From positions 9,877 to 69,262 of the forward strand of contig CAZBGU010000002.1 of the NCBI GenBank assembly GCA_964491805.1: 59,386 nt of DNA, written 5' to 3'. The position numbers and the translations under genes were made by a program. The first letter of the stretch is position 1, and each line of letters begins with the position of its first letter. Source of the DNA: an uncultured Candidatus Saccharibacteria bacterium (lineage in GTDB: Bacteria; Patescibacteriota; Minisyncoccia; Phycocordibacterales; UBA5272). The notes under the pieces are model-generated. The model worked only from the letters and a program-made list of their open reading frames with translations. It was not told the origin of the DNA and ran no database searches. Shown here piece by piece: positions 1 through 9,182 of this stretch.

Positions 1-1
1 G

Positions 2-481
2 GCCCGTGCGGGCCGTAAGAACCTGAGCGGCTCTGCGCCGTCGGCCTCGATCGGCGGTGGCAACCTGGTCAAGATCGTCGACCTGAGTCGCGCGAAGAAC
101 AAGCTGCAGACCGACGCGAAGCCGAAGGCGACGACCGTGATCAACGGCCGACCGCACGCGCTGAACAAGCCGATGGCCTCGATCTCGGACGTGGGCGCAG
201 CCACGGTGGCGATGACCAACGTCATGACCAACGACCTGGGTCGCGTGAAGAACAAGGTGATGGCCAGTACCAAGCCGCTGGCCGCGAGCGCTGCCGGAAA
301 GCCGGGTCGTGATGTCACCAGCAAGGCCAAGCCGACGGCCGCGTCGATCACCGCCTACACCATCTGCGCCGAGAAGCCCGCTGCCGCAAACCGTGACATC
401 AACACCAAGAAGGCGCCTGCGCTCTGCCATGTCACCGCTGCGATCAAGGCCGGTCAACATCAGGCCGCTCGCGCGGCCTGA
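2..481 (+). CDS. C-terminal fragment of a GC-rich hypothetical protein (ORF runs off the 5' window edge)
   Basis: Frame 2 is open from nt 2 to TGA 479-481 with strong G/C third-position bias. The ATG at 137 in the ORF track is probably internal. Ala/Lys/Thr-rich product, no motif recognised. Confidence 0.45.
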   Translation, partial: ARAGRKNLSGSAPSASIGGGNLVKIVDLSRAKNKLQTDAKPKATTVINGRPHALNKPMASISDVGAATVAMTNVMTNDLGRVKNKVMASTKPLAASAAGKPGRDVTSKAKPTAASITAYTICAEKPAAANRDINTKKAPALCHVTAAIKAGQHQAARAA

Positions 482-518
482 TCATCAATCGTCGTCGGCC
501 ACAAGTCGATGACAACGC

Positions 519-550
519 TCCCCAGGAAACCCCTGGGGACGTCTTTTTTT
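519..550 (+). terminator. Rho-independent terminator
   Basis: CCCCAGG-AAACC-CCTGGGG hairpin followed by a T7 run, about 40 nt after the stop at 481. Confidence 0.6.
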
Positions 551-659
551 GTGCGAGCATATTTATGTAGTGCATCTTATGTGTGTTAACCTGTTTCATA
601 AACAAAGAAGCACTGCTTTTATGGCAGCGCCCTTGTTCCATAGTGTAGCGTGGTGTGTA

Positions 660-1181
660 CTAACGCATTTCCATATTCATAGTGTTCATGTCGTGCCCGT
701 TTATGGTGCCTTGTCTTACTTCAAGGAGTGATGGGTTAAGCATTCCAAATATCATCGCGACGTGCGCAACGACAAGAAAGACCGCAACGAAGATCGCGTG
801 TAACTTTTGCTTTTCCTGGGTGCTTGCGTTCTTTTTGATGATATTAATTTCGAGAAGTGCGATTCCCATAAGCGGTATAACACCAAGAAGGTAGAACAAA
901 ACTGCAATAATATCGAACATACCTCTCCATCCACCTGATTGCGTGAGAGGGATCACTGCAGTGAAGAAGAGGTTGATAAAGATACCAAGAAAATAAAATC
1001 CTGCAATTATTCCTGACCAAGAGCTGAGTGTTTTTACTGCCCCATCATTTTTTCTTGTAAAAAGTAGATAGAGTTCTGTAATTGCAATAGTTTCTGCAAG
1101 AACAACAGGAATTGCCATATAGGTAATAAGGTTCCAAGGTTGATTGGAAGCAAGAAGCTCCATATAGTGTGTCATTGTCAT
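660..1181 (-). CDS. multi-pass membrane protein, function unknown
   Basis: 173-aa ORF with 4-5 hydrophobic helices. Co-directional with and adjacent to the ORF at 1239-1631. Confidence 0.6.
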   Translation of the reverse strand: MTMTHYMELLASNQPWNLITYMAIPVVLAETIAITELYLLFTRKNDGAVKTLSSWSGIIAGFYFLGIFINLFFTAVIPLTQSGGWRGMFDIIAVLFYLLGVIPLMGIALLEINIIKKNASTQEKQKLHAIFVAVFLVVAHVAMIFGMLNPSLLEVRQGTINGHDMNTMNMEMR

Positions 1182-1238
1182 AATAGATGTAAAGTAATAG
1201 TTTTCAATAAAGTTGCGAATAAAATTAAGAGAGTCACA

Positions 1239-1631
1239 CTAAAATGGCTTAGGGTGTAGTATTCCTTGTGAAAAAAGAAACTGATATAAGAAGAGGTGGG
1301 GTGTTAATTGCTTTTGGTGAACGACTATTGAGAACAGGGTAGTTTGATCATAGAGTTGTCGATCCTTAAGTACAGAAAAAGTGCGAACGATGGTAACACT
1401 TCCAAGATATGAAAGTACTGTTATAAGAATTGTCGTAACAACGGTCTGTATATCTTGTGCTCCTGTATGTGTATGGTTTGGGATAAGATATTCGAACGGA
1501 CAATCAGACATGTGTCCATCAACAGATGACATATGGATGATATGAACAAAGCCAAGGGTCAAGAAGCCTATATAGCTTATAAGGAGAATTTGTGCAATTG
1601 CTCGGAGTGTCGTCTCTCTGAATAGGTTCAT
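1239..1631 (-). CDS. small membrane protein, function unknown
   Basis: 130-aa ORF with two clear hydrophobic segments and His/Cys-containing loops. Upstream gene of the same minus-strand pair. Confidence 0.5.
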   Translation of the reverse strand: MNLFRETTLRAIAQILLISYIGFLTLGFVHIIHMSSVDGHMSDCPFEYLIPNHTHTGAQDIQTVVTTILITVLSYLGSVTIVRTFSVLKDRQLYDQTTLFSIVVHQKQLTPHLFLYQFLFSQGILHPKPF

Positions 1632-1682
1632 AGGTTAAGTATATACCTGTTTAGTTTTGTTTGATAGTTTGTATCAGTATCT

Positions 1683-2039
1683 ATGTGCTACACTTTTCAT
1701 ACTATGAATATCACTGTTAAGAGTCTTGGGGTCGTGTCAGGGGATGAGAACGGTTTTGTTAAGTTCGTGCTCCTTGAAGATGATGTTCTTGTCTTTGGTA
1801 AGTGTATCTGGCACAGAGAGCTTGTTATTGCTTTTTATGGTAAGGAAGTTGATGTGACGGTGATCGCTGCAGGAATATTGCCAAAAGATGTGAGTAAGGC
1901 GCCGCTTGATGAGTCGCATTGGGGTGAGTGGAAGTCTAGCGGCTACGATGTGGTGACACCTCCTCAATATAGAGAGGTTATTAAGAATGCTCTTACGTCA
2001 TTTGAGACAGAAATCAATCGTCTGTGGGGGAAGGTGTAG
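1683..2039 (+). CDS. hypothetical protein
   Basis: 118-aa ORF followed by a strong terminator at 2061-2104. The start is uncertain; an alternative ATG lies at 1704. Confidence 0.45.
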   Translation: MCYTFHTMNITVKSLGVVSGDENGFVKFVLLEDDVLVFGKCIWHRELVIAFYGKEVDVTVIAAGILPKDVSKAPLDESHWGEWKSSGYDVVTPPQYREVIKNALTSFETEINRLWGKV

Positions 2040-2060
2040 ATTGGTTTGTTGATGGAAGTT

Positions 2061-2104
2061 AGCAAGGAGCGAAACCGAAGGTTTCGCTCCTTGCTTCTTT
2101 TATG
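2061..2104 (+). terminator. Rho-independent terminator
   Basis: 15-bp stem AGCAAGGAGCGAAAC/GTTTCGCTCCTTGCT followed by a T-rich tail. Confidence 0.7.
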
Positions 2105-2148
2105 CTTTTAACCTACTAGCTACAGACTATCAGCTACCGGCTATTGTA

Positions 2149-2157
2149 TGGTATAAT
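2149..2157 (+). promoter_or_regulatory. extended -10 promoter element upstream of secA
   Basis: TGgTATAAT lies 10 nt upstream of the secA ATG region. I see no good -35 box. Confidence 0.35.
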
Positions 2158-2166
2158 CCCTTAACT

Positions 2167-4713
2167 ATGTCTTTTATTGCAAAGCTTTTTCCGGATGAGT
2201 CCAAAAAAACTATAAAATCACTTACACCTATAGTAGATAAGGTGTTTTCGTATGAGGATGAACTCAAAACATTGAGTGCTCAGGATCTCAAGGCGAGAAG
2301 TCTCGCGCTTAAGGAACGTGTTATGGCTGAGATTGCAGGACTCACTGGCGAAGAGCTCAAAGCAAAAGAAAAGAAAGTTCTCGAAGATGTTCTTCCAGAA
2401 GCATTTGCACTTGTACGTGAAGGTGCTCGTCGTGCTCTTAAGATGATGCATTACCGTGTACAGGTTGTTGGAGGTATCCTTCTTCATCGTGGCCACATTG
2501 CAGAAATGAGAACTGGAGAAGGTAAGACACTTGTTGCGACACTTCCTGCGTATCTCAATGCACTCACAGGGCGTGGTGTACATATTGTTACCGTGAACGA
2601 CTATCTTTCACGTCGTGATGCGGTATGGATGGGGCAGGTGTATGATGCGCTCGGTCTTTCTGTTGCTGTTATCAATCATCAATCGTCATTCATCTACGAC
2701 AGTACACATCTTTCACAACAAGAAGTGAAGGAAGATGATGCTGTGCGTGATGAGGTTGGTTCATACAAAGTTGTGTATGATTTTCTCAATCCTTGCAATC
2801 GTCAGCAAGCATATCGTGCAGATATCACTTACGGTACGAACAATGAATTCGGCTTCGATTATCTTCGTGACAATATTGGCTACAACAAAGAAGCTATTAC
2901 TCAACACACACACCACTATGCGATCGTGGATGAGATCGACTCTATTCTTATCGATGAGGCGCGTACACCGCTCATTATCTCCGCACCATCACAGCAGTCG
3001 AGTGATATGTATACCAATTTTGCCAGCATTGCAGAGTCACTTGTAGAAGGTGATGATTATACTGTTGATGAGAAGCAGCGAGCTATCGCTCTCACCGAGG
3101 AAGGTATCAACAAAGCAGAGAAGGCACTTAACATTTCTAATATCTACTCTGTAGAAGGAATGAAGTATGTGCACCACTTGGAAACTGCAGTTAAAGCAAA
3201 GGCACTCTTCCTTCGTGAGCGTGAATATGTGGTGAAGGATGGCGAAGTGATTATAGTCGATGAGTTCACTGGACGTATGCAACCAGGGCGACGTTGGTCA
3301 GACGGTATCCATCAGGCAGTGGAAGCAAAAGAAGGTGTGAAGATCGAACAAGAGTCACGAACGCTTGCTTCTATTACGTTCCAGAACTATTTCCGTTTCT
3401 ACGAGAAGCTTGCTGGTATGACAGGAACTGCAGAGACTTCAAAAGAAGAGTTCTATAAAGTGTATGGACTTGTTGTAACACCTATTCCAACACACAACGC
3501 TATTCGTCGTACAGATCATAGTGATTATATTTTCCAGACTGAGAAGGGTAAGTGGCAAGCACTTTCACGAAAAGTAAAGGAACTTCACGAGAAGGGGCAA
3601 CCAGTACTCATCGGTACTATTTCTATTGAGAAGAACGAGGCAATTTCTAAGTATCTTGAACGTGAAGGTGTTCCTCATGCCGTTCTCAACGCGAAGAATC
3701 ATGAAAAAGAGGGAGAGATTGTTGCGGCTGCTGGTAGAAAAGGTGCGGTGACTATTGCAACCAACATGGCAGGACGTGGTGTGGATATTAAGCTTGGTGG
3801 TCCACAAGCAACAGATGCAGAACGAGAAGATGTTCTTGCTCTTGGTGGACTCTTCGTTGTTGGTACAGAGCGTCACGAAGCACGCCGTATTGATAACCAG
3901 CTCCGTGGACGTTCTGGTCGTCAGGGGGATGTTGGTGAGACTCAGTTCTATGTATCACTTGAGGATGATCTCATGCGTGTGTTTGGTTCACAGAACATCA
4001 AGGCAATGATGGGGCGCTTCGGTATTCCAGAAGATGAGCCGATTGCGTCTAAGCTCGTGTCACGTGCCCTTGAAGGTGCACAAGAGAAGATCGAAGGGTA
4101 TCACTTTGACACACGTAAGCACACACTCCAGTATGACGATGTGCTCAACCAGCAGCGTACAAGTATCTATGCGAAGCGTCGCAAGATTCTTTTTGAAGAT
4201 GATGCTTTTGTTGATGAGGTACTAGCAGAACTTGTTGCAGAGAAAGAAGAACTCGGCCCAGTGCTCAAGGAGAAGGAAGAAAAGTATAGTCGTGAAGCAG
4301 TGCACCACATTTTCCGCATCATGATGCTTCAGATTATAGATACCCTTTGGATGGATCATCTCGATGCTATGGAACACCTTCGTTCGAGCGTAAACCTTCG
4401 TGCATACGGTCAGCGTGACCCACTTGTTGAGTACAAGAAGGAAGGTCTTAGAATGTTTAGAGGTCTCGAAGCATCACTTCGCTCCGAGCTTACAGCATTC
4501 ATTGAGAATCTTGATGGATTCTTCGCTGCACAGCAAGCGCAACAAGCACAGGACTTTGTGCAGGTGATTCCCGAAAGCGCTGGCCATGACACTGATGTCG
4601 TTGAAGCTACAAAAGATGGTGAGAAGTATGGAAGAAATGACCCATGTCCATGCGGTAGTGGAAAGAAAGTGAAGAAGTGTGATTGTAAGGAATACGAGTA
4701 TCTACGTAAGTAG
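2167..4713 (+). CDS. secA: preprotein translocase ATPase SecA
   Basis: 848 aa. Contains MRTGEGKTLVATLPAYLNAL (Walker A), DEIDSILIDEARTPLIIS (DEAD-like motor) and the C-terminal zinc motif CPCGSGKKVKKC. Confidence 0.97.
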   Translation: MSFIAKLFPDESKKTIKSLTPIVDKVFSYEDELKTLSAQDLKARSLALKERVMAEIAGLTGEELKAKEKKVLEDVLPEAFALVREGARRALKMMHYRVQVVGGILLHRGHIAEMRTGEGKTLVATLPAYLNALTGRGVHIVTVNDYLSRRDAVWMGQVYDALGLSVAVINHQSSFIYDSTHLSQQEVKEDDAVRDEVGSYKVVYDFLNPCNRQQAYRADITYGTNNEFGFDYLRDNIGYNKEAITQHTHHYAIVDEIDSILIDEARTPLIISAPSQQSSDMYTNFASIAESLVEGDDYTVDEKQRAIALTEEGINKAEKALNISNIYSVEGMKYVHHLETAVKAKALFLREREYVVKDGEVIIVDEFTGRMQPGRRWSDGIHQAVEAKEGVKIEQESRTLASITFQNYFRFYEKLAGMTGTAETSKEEFYKVYGLVVTPIPTHNAIRRTDHSDYIFQTEKGKWQALSRKVKELHEKGQPVLIGTISIEKNEAISKYLEREGVPHAVLNAKNHEKEGEIVAAAGRKGAVTIATNMAGRGVDIKLGGPQATDAEREDVLALGGLFVVGTERHEARRIDNQLRGRSGRQGDVGETQFYVSLEDDLMRVFGSQNIKAMMGRFGIPEDEPIASKLVSRALEGAQEKIEGYHFDTRKHTLQYDDVLNQQRTSIYAKRRKILFEDDAFVDEVLAELVAEKEELGPVLKEKEEKYSREAVHHIFRIMMLQIIDTLWMDHLDAMEHLRSSVNLRAYGQRDPLVEYKKEGLRMFRGLEASLRSELTAFIENLDGFFAAQQAQQAQDFVQVIPESAGHDTDVVEATKDGEKYGRNDPCPCGSGKKVKKCDCKEYEYLRK

Positions 4714-4926
4714 GATTTTTCTTAATTTTCTTTTCTAAATCTCATTTGTTTTAAACTTTTTCATCGAAATAACCAGCATAATTTCTTGCTAGAAATTTGC
4801 TTTTGTCTCGCGCCATCGCGCTACACAAGGCTTTATAAAGAAAAAGTTTGGAGTTAACGTAAACACAGGCGCAGAACACAAATATAAGTTCGTGTTTGTA
4901 CAAGAATGACCTGATATACTGAATCT

Positions 4927-5751
4927 ATGCTTGAATGTTTTTATGAAAAAAGTCGTGAAGAAATTAAAAATCTCCTCATAGATTTTCTTGATGTAGATTT
5001 TTACCAAAAATTTTCTGATTTGAAGGGCGTTGTTTCCATTGTTGTTACTGGTTCTGTTGGGTGTGGAGTATATGATAGGTATAGTGATATAGATATGAGT
5101 ATTGTATTTCCTGATGAGACCCTGGCAGAGAAATACACGACTTTACTCAGAGAGTATAAAATACATCTTAAAGAATTGGATTTACCGATACAACTACACA
5201 CCAGTAAAGCTTTTCTGCAATTAGAAGCAAGGTTAGCTACGTGGAAAGAAGACGGTCTTCTCAAAGAAATATCTTCAGCTCTTATTGTTGAAGACCCATA
5301 TCATAGTTTCCGTACACTACAGGAGAAATATCATATGTATCCAGAAGATATACGAAGGGAAAAATTGAAATGGCTTTTCTCAGAACTTGTTTTGGAAATA
5401 GAAGAAAGGTGGAGAGTTGCAAAAGAAAGAAATAATGTTTATTTTTGTGAAGCAATCAAGCTGCGGGTTATTAAACTTTCGTTCACGGTACTTCTTTTGC
5501 TTGACGGGCAATATCCGTCTTATGACAAACATATTTACAAAGATGTTAAAGCTTTAGAAGGTATTTCATCTCAAGTTCTTTCCTTGGTAGATGAACTTCT
5601 TCATGAGAAAGATATAACAAAGACTGCAGAGTTTTTGAAGAGTCTCTTCAGTTGTATTGAGAGTACATTACTCGAGAAGGGGGTAATTACTAAAGAGAGT
5701 ATGGATTATTGGTTGTGCTTTAGAACCCGTTACAATGTTGTGCTAGGGTAG
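4927..5751 (+). CDS. nucleotidyltransferase-domain protein (Pol-beta fold) with helical C-terminal domain
   Basis: TGSVGCGVYDRYSDIDMSIVF matches the G[SG]-x(9-13)-DxD minimal NTase motif. The surrounding DNA is very AT-rich. Confidence 0.6.
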   Translation: MLECFYEKSREEIKNLLIDFLDVDFYQKFSDLKGVVSIVVTGSVGCGVYDRYSDIDMSIVFPDETLAEKYTTLLREYKIHLKELDLPIQLHTSKAFLQLEARLATWKEDGLLKEISSALIVEDPYHSFRTLQEKYHMYPEDIRREKLKWLFSELVLEIEERWRVAKERNNVYFCEAIKLRVIKLSFTVLLLLDGQYPSYDKHIYKDVKALEGISSQVLSLVDELLHEKDITKTAEFLKSLFSCIESTLLEKGVITKESMDYWLCFRTRYNVVLG

Positions 5752-5756
5752 AATTT

Positions 5757-6020
5757 ATGAAAACAATTAGTAAGAAAATTAATCAAGAATATTTTGATGA
5801 TATTGTGAATGGAAAAAAGAAAGCAGAGTTTCGTCTGAATAATTTTGATGTGGAAGAGGGTGATACGTTGCAGTTGATTGAAGTAGATAATGAGAACAAG
5901 GAGACTGGTAGGGTGATAGAAAAGAAAGTTACGTATGTTTGGAAGTGCGACATTAACAATACCTATTGGCCAGTTGAAGAAATTCTTGAAAAGGGTATTC
6001 AGGTGATTTCGATGGAATAA
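5757..6020 (+). CDS. ASCH/DUF3850-like small PUA-fold protein
   Basis: 87 aa. The N-terminus, YFDDIVNGKKKAEFRLNNFDVEEGDTLQL, resembles the DUF3850/ASCH pattern. Sits 5 nt after the NTase gene. Confidence 0.45.
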   Translation: MKTISKKINQEYFDDIVNGKKKAEFRLNNFDVEEGDTLQLIEVDNENKETGRVIEKKVTYVWKCDINNTYWPVEEILEKGIQVISME

Positions 6021-6032
6021 AATAATTATTGT

Positions 6033-6485
6033 ATGAATTTAAATTATAGGAAAGCATCAATAGATGATATTCCGCTGTTGATTGCTCTTGAGAAAAAGAT
6101 TCAAAGAGTAAGAACGTATTCTGGTACTTTTAATGTTGAGGAATGGATAGAAGAGCTTAAGGTTGGTGTGGTATATATTGTGGAAAAGGACGGTGTACCA
6201 GTTGGTGATGTAATGTATGAAATGAAATCACCTTACCATGCATACATCGATACAATTCTTGTTATTCCTGAATACCAAGGACAAGGAATTGCACAGCAAG
6301 TTATGAAATATGTTTTAAATGAGATTGGAGAGGTGGAAAGAGTTGACCTTGTGACACACCCAGAAAATATTCGAGCTATTAGACTGTATGAATCTCTTGG
6401 ATTTAAAGTTGAATCACGAAAAGAAAATTATTTTGGAGACGGGGAGCCAAGGCTAGTTATGTCGCTCGGGAAGAATGTGATGTAA
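6033..6485 (+). CDS. GNAT family N-acetyltransferase
   Basis: 150 aa. EYQGQGIAQQVMKYVL is an acetyl-CoA binding Q/RxxGxG/A motif, and there is an AIRLYESLGF motif. Confidence 0.8.
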   Translation: MNLNYRKASIDDIPLLIALEKKIQRVRTYSGTFNVEEWIEELKVGVVYIVEKDGVPVGDVMYEMKSPYHAYIDTILVIPEYQGQGIAQQVMKYVLNEIGEVERVDLVTHPENIRAIRLYESLGFKVESRKENYFGDGEPRLVMSLGKNVM

Positions 6486-6534
6486 ATTTCGTATGGTAAA
6501 CTAATAACCAATAACTAATTACGAATAACCACCC

Positions 6535-7815
6535 ATGAAAGACTTCATCAAAAAACTCACCCTGATCGCAATAACCTGGGAAGCAAAGGCTGTACTTGTG
6601 CGTCATAAACCATTTATTATAGGTGTGACAGGCAATCTCGGCAAGACATCCACCAAGGATGCGATCTATGCGGTGATGAAGGATCATTTTTATGTTAGAC
6701 GAAGTGAGAAGAGTATGAATAGTGAGTTCGGTGTGCCACTTACCATTCTCGGAGAGAAGTCAGGGTGGAATAATCCGCTCAAATGGCTACTGATTATTAT
6801 TCGAGGATTCTTTGTTGCGTTCTCTAAAGAGTACCCGACACATCTCGTGCTCGAGATTGGTGCTGATCGCCCAGGAGATATAAAAAGTATTACTTCATGG
6901 ATTAAGCCAGATGTTACTGTTGTGACACAGTTTGGGCAAGTGCCGGTACACATTGAATTCTTTCCTAGCCGCGATGCGGTTATAGAAGAGAAAGGTTACC
7001 TTGTGAGCGCTCTTCGTGACGGCGGTCTTTTTATTTATAACGCAGACGATCATGATTCCAAGAAGCTTCTCGAAAAAACAAAGGCGCATACACTAAGTTT
7101 TGGAATTCATGAAGCAGCTGATATGAAAGCTTCAAATGTCCGTCTCTACGGTGCTCCACTTACTGGAACAGAAGCAGAGGTTAGTGTTGATGGTGCAACA
7201 GAACACCTCGTGCTTCCTGAGGTTGCTGGCAAGTCACCAGTATACTGTGCTCTCCCTGCACTTCTTGTTGCGAAGTTTCTTGCGATACCACAGGAGATTG
7301 CATGTGCGTCACTGCGGGATGCTGCGAAGCCTCGTGGACGTATGCGACTTCTTCAGGGAATGAATACATCAGTTATCATAGATGACTCATATAATGCTTC
7401 ACCAAAGGCAGTAGAGCATGGTCTCAAGACGCTTTCAGAAATAGATACTTCTGGACGTAAGATTGCTGTGCTTGGTGACATGCTAGAGCTTGGTCTCCAT
7501 ACACGTGATGAGCATTACAAGATTGGTAAGATTGCAGCAAAGTCATGTCATAAATTGTTTACCGTCGGTATCAGGTCACGGGTTATTGCAGAAGGAGCTC
7601 TTGATGAAAAAATGTTAGATGAGAATATTATGCAGTGTGATACATCGATCGATGCAGGGAAAGAGCTTGTGAAGATTCTTGAGCCTGGAGATATTGTCTA
7701 TGTGAAGGGTTCTCAAAGTATGCGAATGGAGCGAGCGATATCGATGATACTAGCATCAACACACAACCCAAAAGCTGTGCTCGTGCGACAAGAAGATGAA
7801 TGGATGAAGAGGTAA
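6535..7815 (+). CDS. murF: UDP-N-acetylmuramoyl-tripeptide--D-alanyl-D-alanine ligase (Mur ligase family)
   Basis: 426 aa. Contains the Mur ligase P-loop GVTGNLGKTSTKD, the DDSYNASP motif and a C-terminal GDMLELG motif. Confidence 0.8.
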   Translation: MKDFIKKLTLIAITWEAKAVLVRHKPFIIGVTGNLGKTSTKDAIYAVMKDHFYVRRSEKSMNSEFGVPLTILGEKSGWNNPLKWLLIIIRGFFVAFSKEYPTHLVLEIGADRPGDIKSITSWIKPDVTVVTQFGQVPVHIEFFPSRDAVIEEKGYLVSALRDGGLFIYNADDHDSKKLLEKTKAHTLSFGIHEAADMKASNVRLYGAPLTGTEAEVSVDGATEHLVLPEVAGKSPVYCALPALLVAKFLAIPQEIACASLRDAAKPRGRMRLLQGMNTSVIIDDSYNASPKAVEHGLKTLSEIDTSGRKIAVLGDMLELGLHTRDEHYKIGKIAAKSCHKLFTVGIRSRVIAEGALDEKMLDENIMQCDTSIDAGKELVKILEPGDIVYVKGSQSMRMERAISMILASTHNPKAVLVRQEDEWMKR

Positions 7816-7862
7816 ACGATAAGTAGCAGGACTCAAAGTCTCGAAGTTGTTCACATATTTTC

Positions 7863-7891
7863 TGGACAATGTGAATTGTTTGTGGTAGTAT
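7863..7891 (+). promoter_or_regulatory. sigma70-type promoter for the GC-rich HPF-like gene
   Basis: TGGACA, a 17-nt spacer, then TAGTAT preceded by TGg. It lies in AT-rich DNA just before the GC-rich segment. Confidence 0.45.
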
Positions 7892-7966
7892 TTCTCAACC
7901 TGACAGGTTCATCTGCAGGCGCTGTGGAACTGTTCCGCAGCATATCAAACCGATGAGGACATAGAC

Positions 7967-8368
7967 ATGCGACTCGTGTACGGCGATGGGTTCGCCAAGA
8001 ACAAGGCGATCAAGGGCTACCTGGAGAGGAAGCTTGGGGCAGTGCTTGGTCACTTCAAGGACGTTCTCTCGGCCGTCCACATCAGCCTTCGGGTTGAAAG
8101 TGGTCACCGTGCCACAAGCGACAGCAAGGTTCTCCGAATGGTCATGAGGAGTACGAGGAGGAACCATGCGTTGGAGCAGACCGCGGACGACGCTTACAAG
8201 GCTGTCGACCTGTTGGTCGACAGGCTCGCGGACCTTGCCGTTTCCCTTAAGAGCATCCTCCGCTGCAAGAAGCGTGGGAAGGTGCCGGCCAAGCGGTTGC
8301 ATCGCGATTGTCTTGCACAGCAAGACAATGCAACCGTGTCCGGCGGCGTGAAGCTCGCCACAACCTAG
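7967..8368 (+). CDS. ribosome hibernation/RaiA-HPF family protein (short form), GC-rich
   Basis: 133 aa. The pattern AIKGYLERKLGAVLGHFKDVLSAVHISLRVE ... EQTADDAYKAVDLLVDRL fits the HPF/YfiA fold signature. GAGGA RBS lies 7 nt upstream. My hand count gives 36 G/C in nt 8161-8220. Confidence 0.6.
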   Translation: MRLVYGDGFAKNKAIKGYLERKLGAVLGHFKDVLSAVHISLRVESGHRATSDSKVLRMVMRSTRRNHALEQTADDAYKAVDLLVDRLADLAVSLKSILRCKKRGKVPAKRLHRDCLAQQDNATVSGGVKLATT

Positions 8369-8402
8369 CTCGCTCCTCCTTGGAAGGCGGATCGAGCACA
8401 GA

Positions 8403-8432
8403 GGCGCCCCTTGGGGCGCCTTTCTCTTTCTC
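8403..8432 (+). terminator. Rho-independent terminator
   Basis: GGCGCCCC-TT-GGGGCGCC followed by TTTCTCTTTCT. Confidence 0.65.
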
Positions 8433-8463
8433 CTCTCTTCTTTATGTCGTATACTGTTTGTAT

Positions 8464-9180
8464 ATGTCACTGCACACTGTTTTTGATGAAGATGTATCAT
8501 TGGTGACGAAGAAAGCAGGAGCTTATGTTGAAGAGCTGTGTTCAGCATTTGATATACCGACACTTCTTCTTGTATCGGGCGGGTCTGCGCTTGATGTGCT
8601 TGAGTATGTTGATATTGCTCGTGCGTCACACCTTACCATCGGTATGTTGGATGAACGATATACACCTGATTCTTTTAATAATAATTTTCAGCAATTTCAA
8701 AAAACATCATTGTATACGAAGGCGCATGCTCATGGAGCAACATTCATCGATACGTCAGATCAGACGAATAAGACGATGAGCGATCTTGTCTTCATCATGG
8801 AGAACACTATTAGAAACTGGAAACGAGATAATCCTACAGGGAAAATATATATTGTGGAAGGGGTTGGTGGTGACGGGCACACTGCAGGTATTATGCCATT
8901 CCCGGAGGATGAGACTTTATTTGAAAAGTTGTTCGAAGATTCTTCGGTTCTAGTTGTTGGTTATGATGCTAAGGACAAAAACCCTATACCACTTCGTATT
9001 ACAGTCACTCTTACGTTTTTGCGAGACATGGTTGATGAGGCAGTTCTCTATGTAGTTGGTGACTCTAAAAGTGAGATCTTAAAAAAAATTATCGCAGTTG
9101 AAGGAAGTGTTGCAGAAATGCCAGCAAAGGTTGTTAAGGAGATGAAGTCTGTTACACTGTTTACTGATATACAATTATAG
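8464..9180 (+). CDS. pgl: 6-phosphogluconolactonase (SugarP_isomerase family)
   Basis: GVGGDGHTAGIMPFP motif. Immediately upstream of zwf. I chose the ATG at 8464 because the longer track ORF (8308) runs through the upstream terminator. Confidence 0.75.
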   Translation: MSLHTVFDEDVSLVTKKAGAYVEELCSAFDIPTLLLVSGGSALDVLEYVDIARASHLTIGMLDERYTPDSFNNNFQQFQKTSLYTKAHAHGATFIDTSDQTNKTMSDLVFIMENTIRNWKRDNPTGKIYIVEGVGGDGHTAGIMPFPEDETLFEKLFEDSSVLVVGYDAKDKNPIPLRITVTLTFLRDMVDEAVLYVVGDSKSEILKKIIAVEGSVAEMPAKVVKEMKSVTLFTDIQL

Positions 9181-9182
9181 TT

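Noticed and set aside
137-481. ATG at 137 as the true start of the first ORF
   Set aside because: The reading frame stays open to nt 2 with the same codon bias, so the gene most likely begins upstream of the window.
2113-2147. Recurrent AGCTAC/AGCCGGT-type words in spacers (2113-2147, 12498-12535, 42541-42572) as a possible dispersed motif
   Set aside because: Only short 5-7-nt matches occur, with no consistent spacing or orientation. I cannot distinguish this from chance by eye.
7895-8629. 244-aa minus-strand ORF covering the HPF-like gene and its flanks
   Set aside because: It is a shadow ORF of a GC-rich region. It crosses the terminator and the pgl start, has no RBS, and has an Arg/Pro/Leu-heavy composition. 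The plus-strand ORF has a recognisable HPF pattern, an RBS, a promoter and a terminator.
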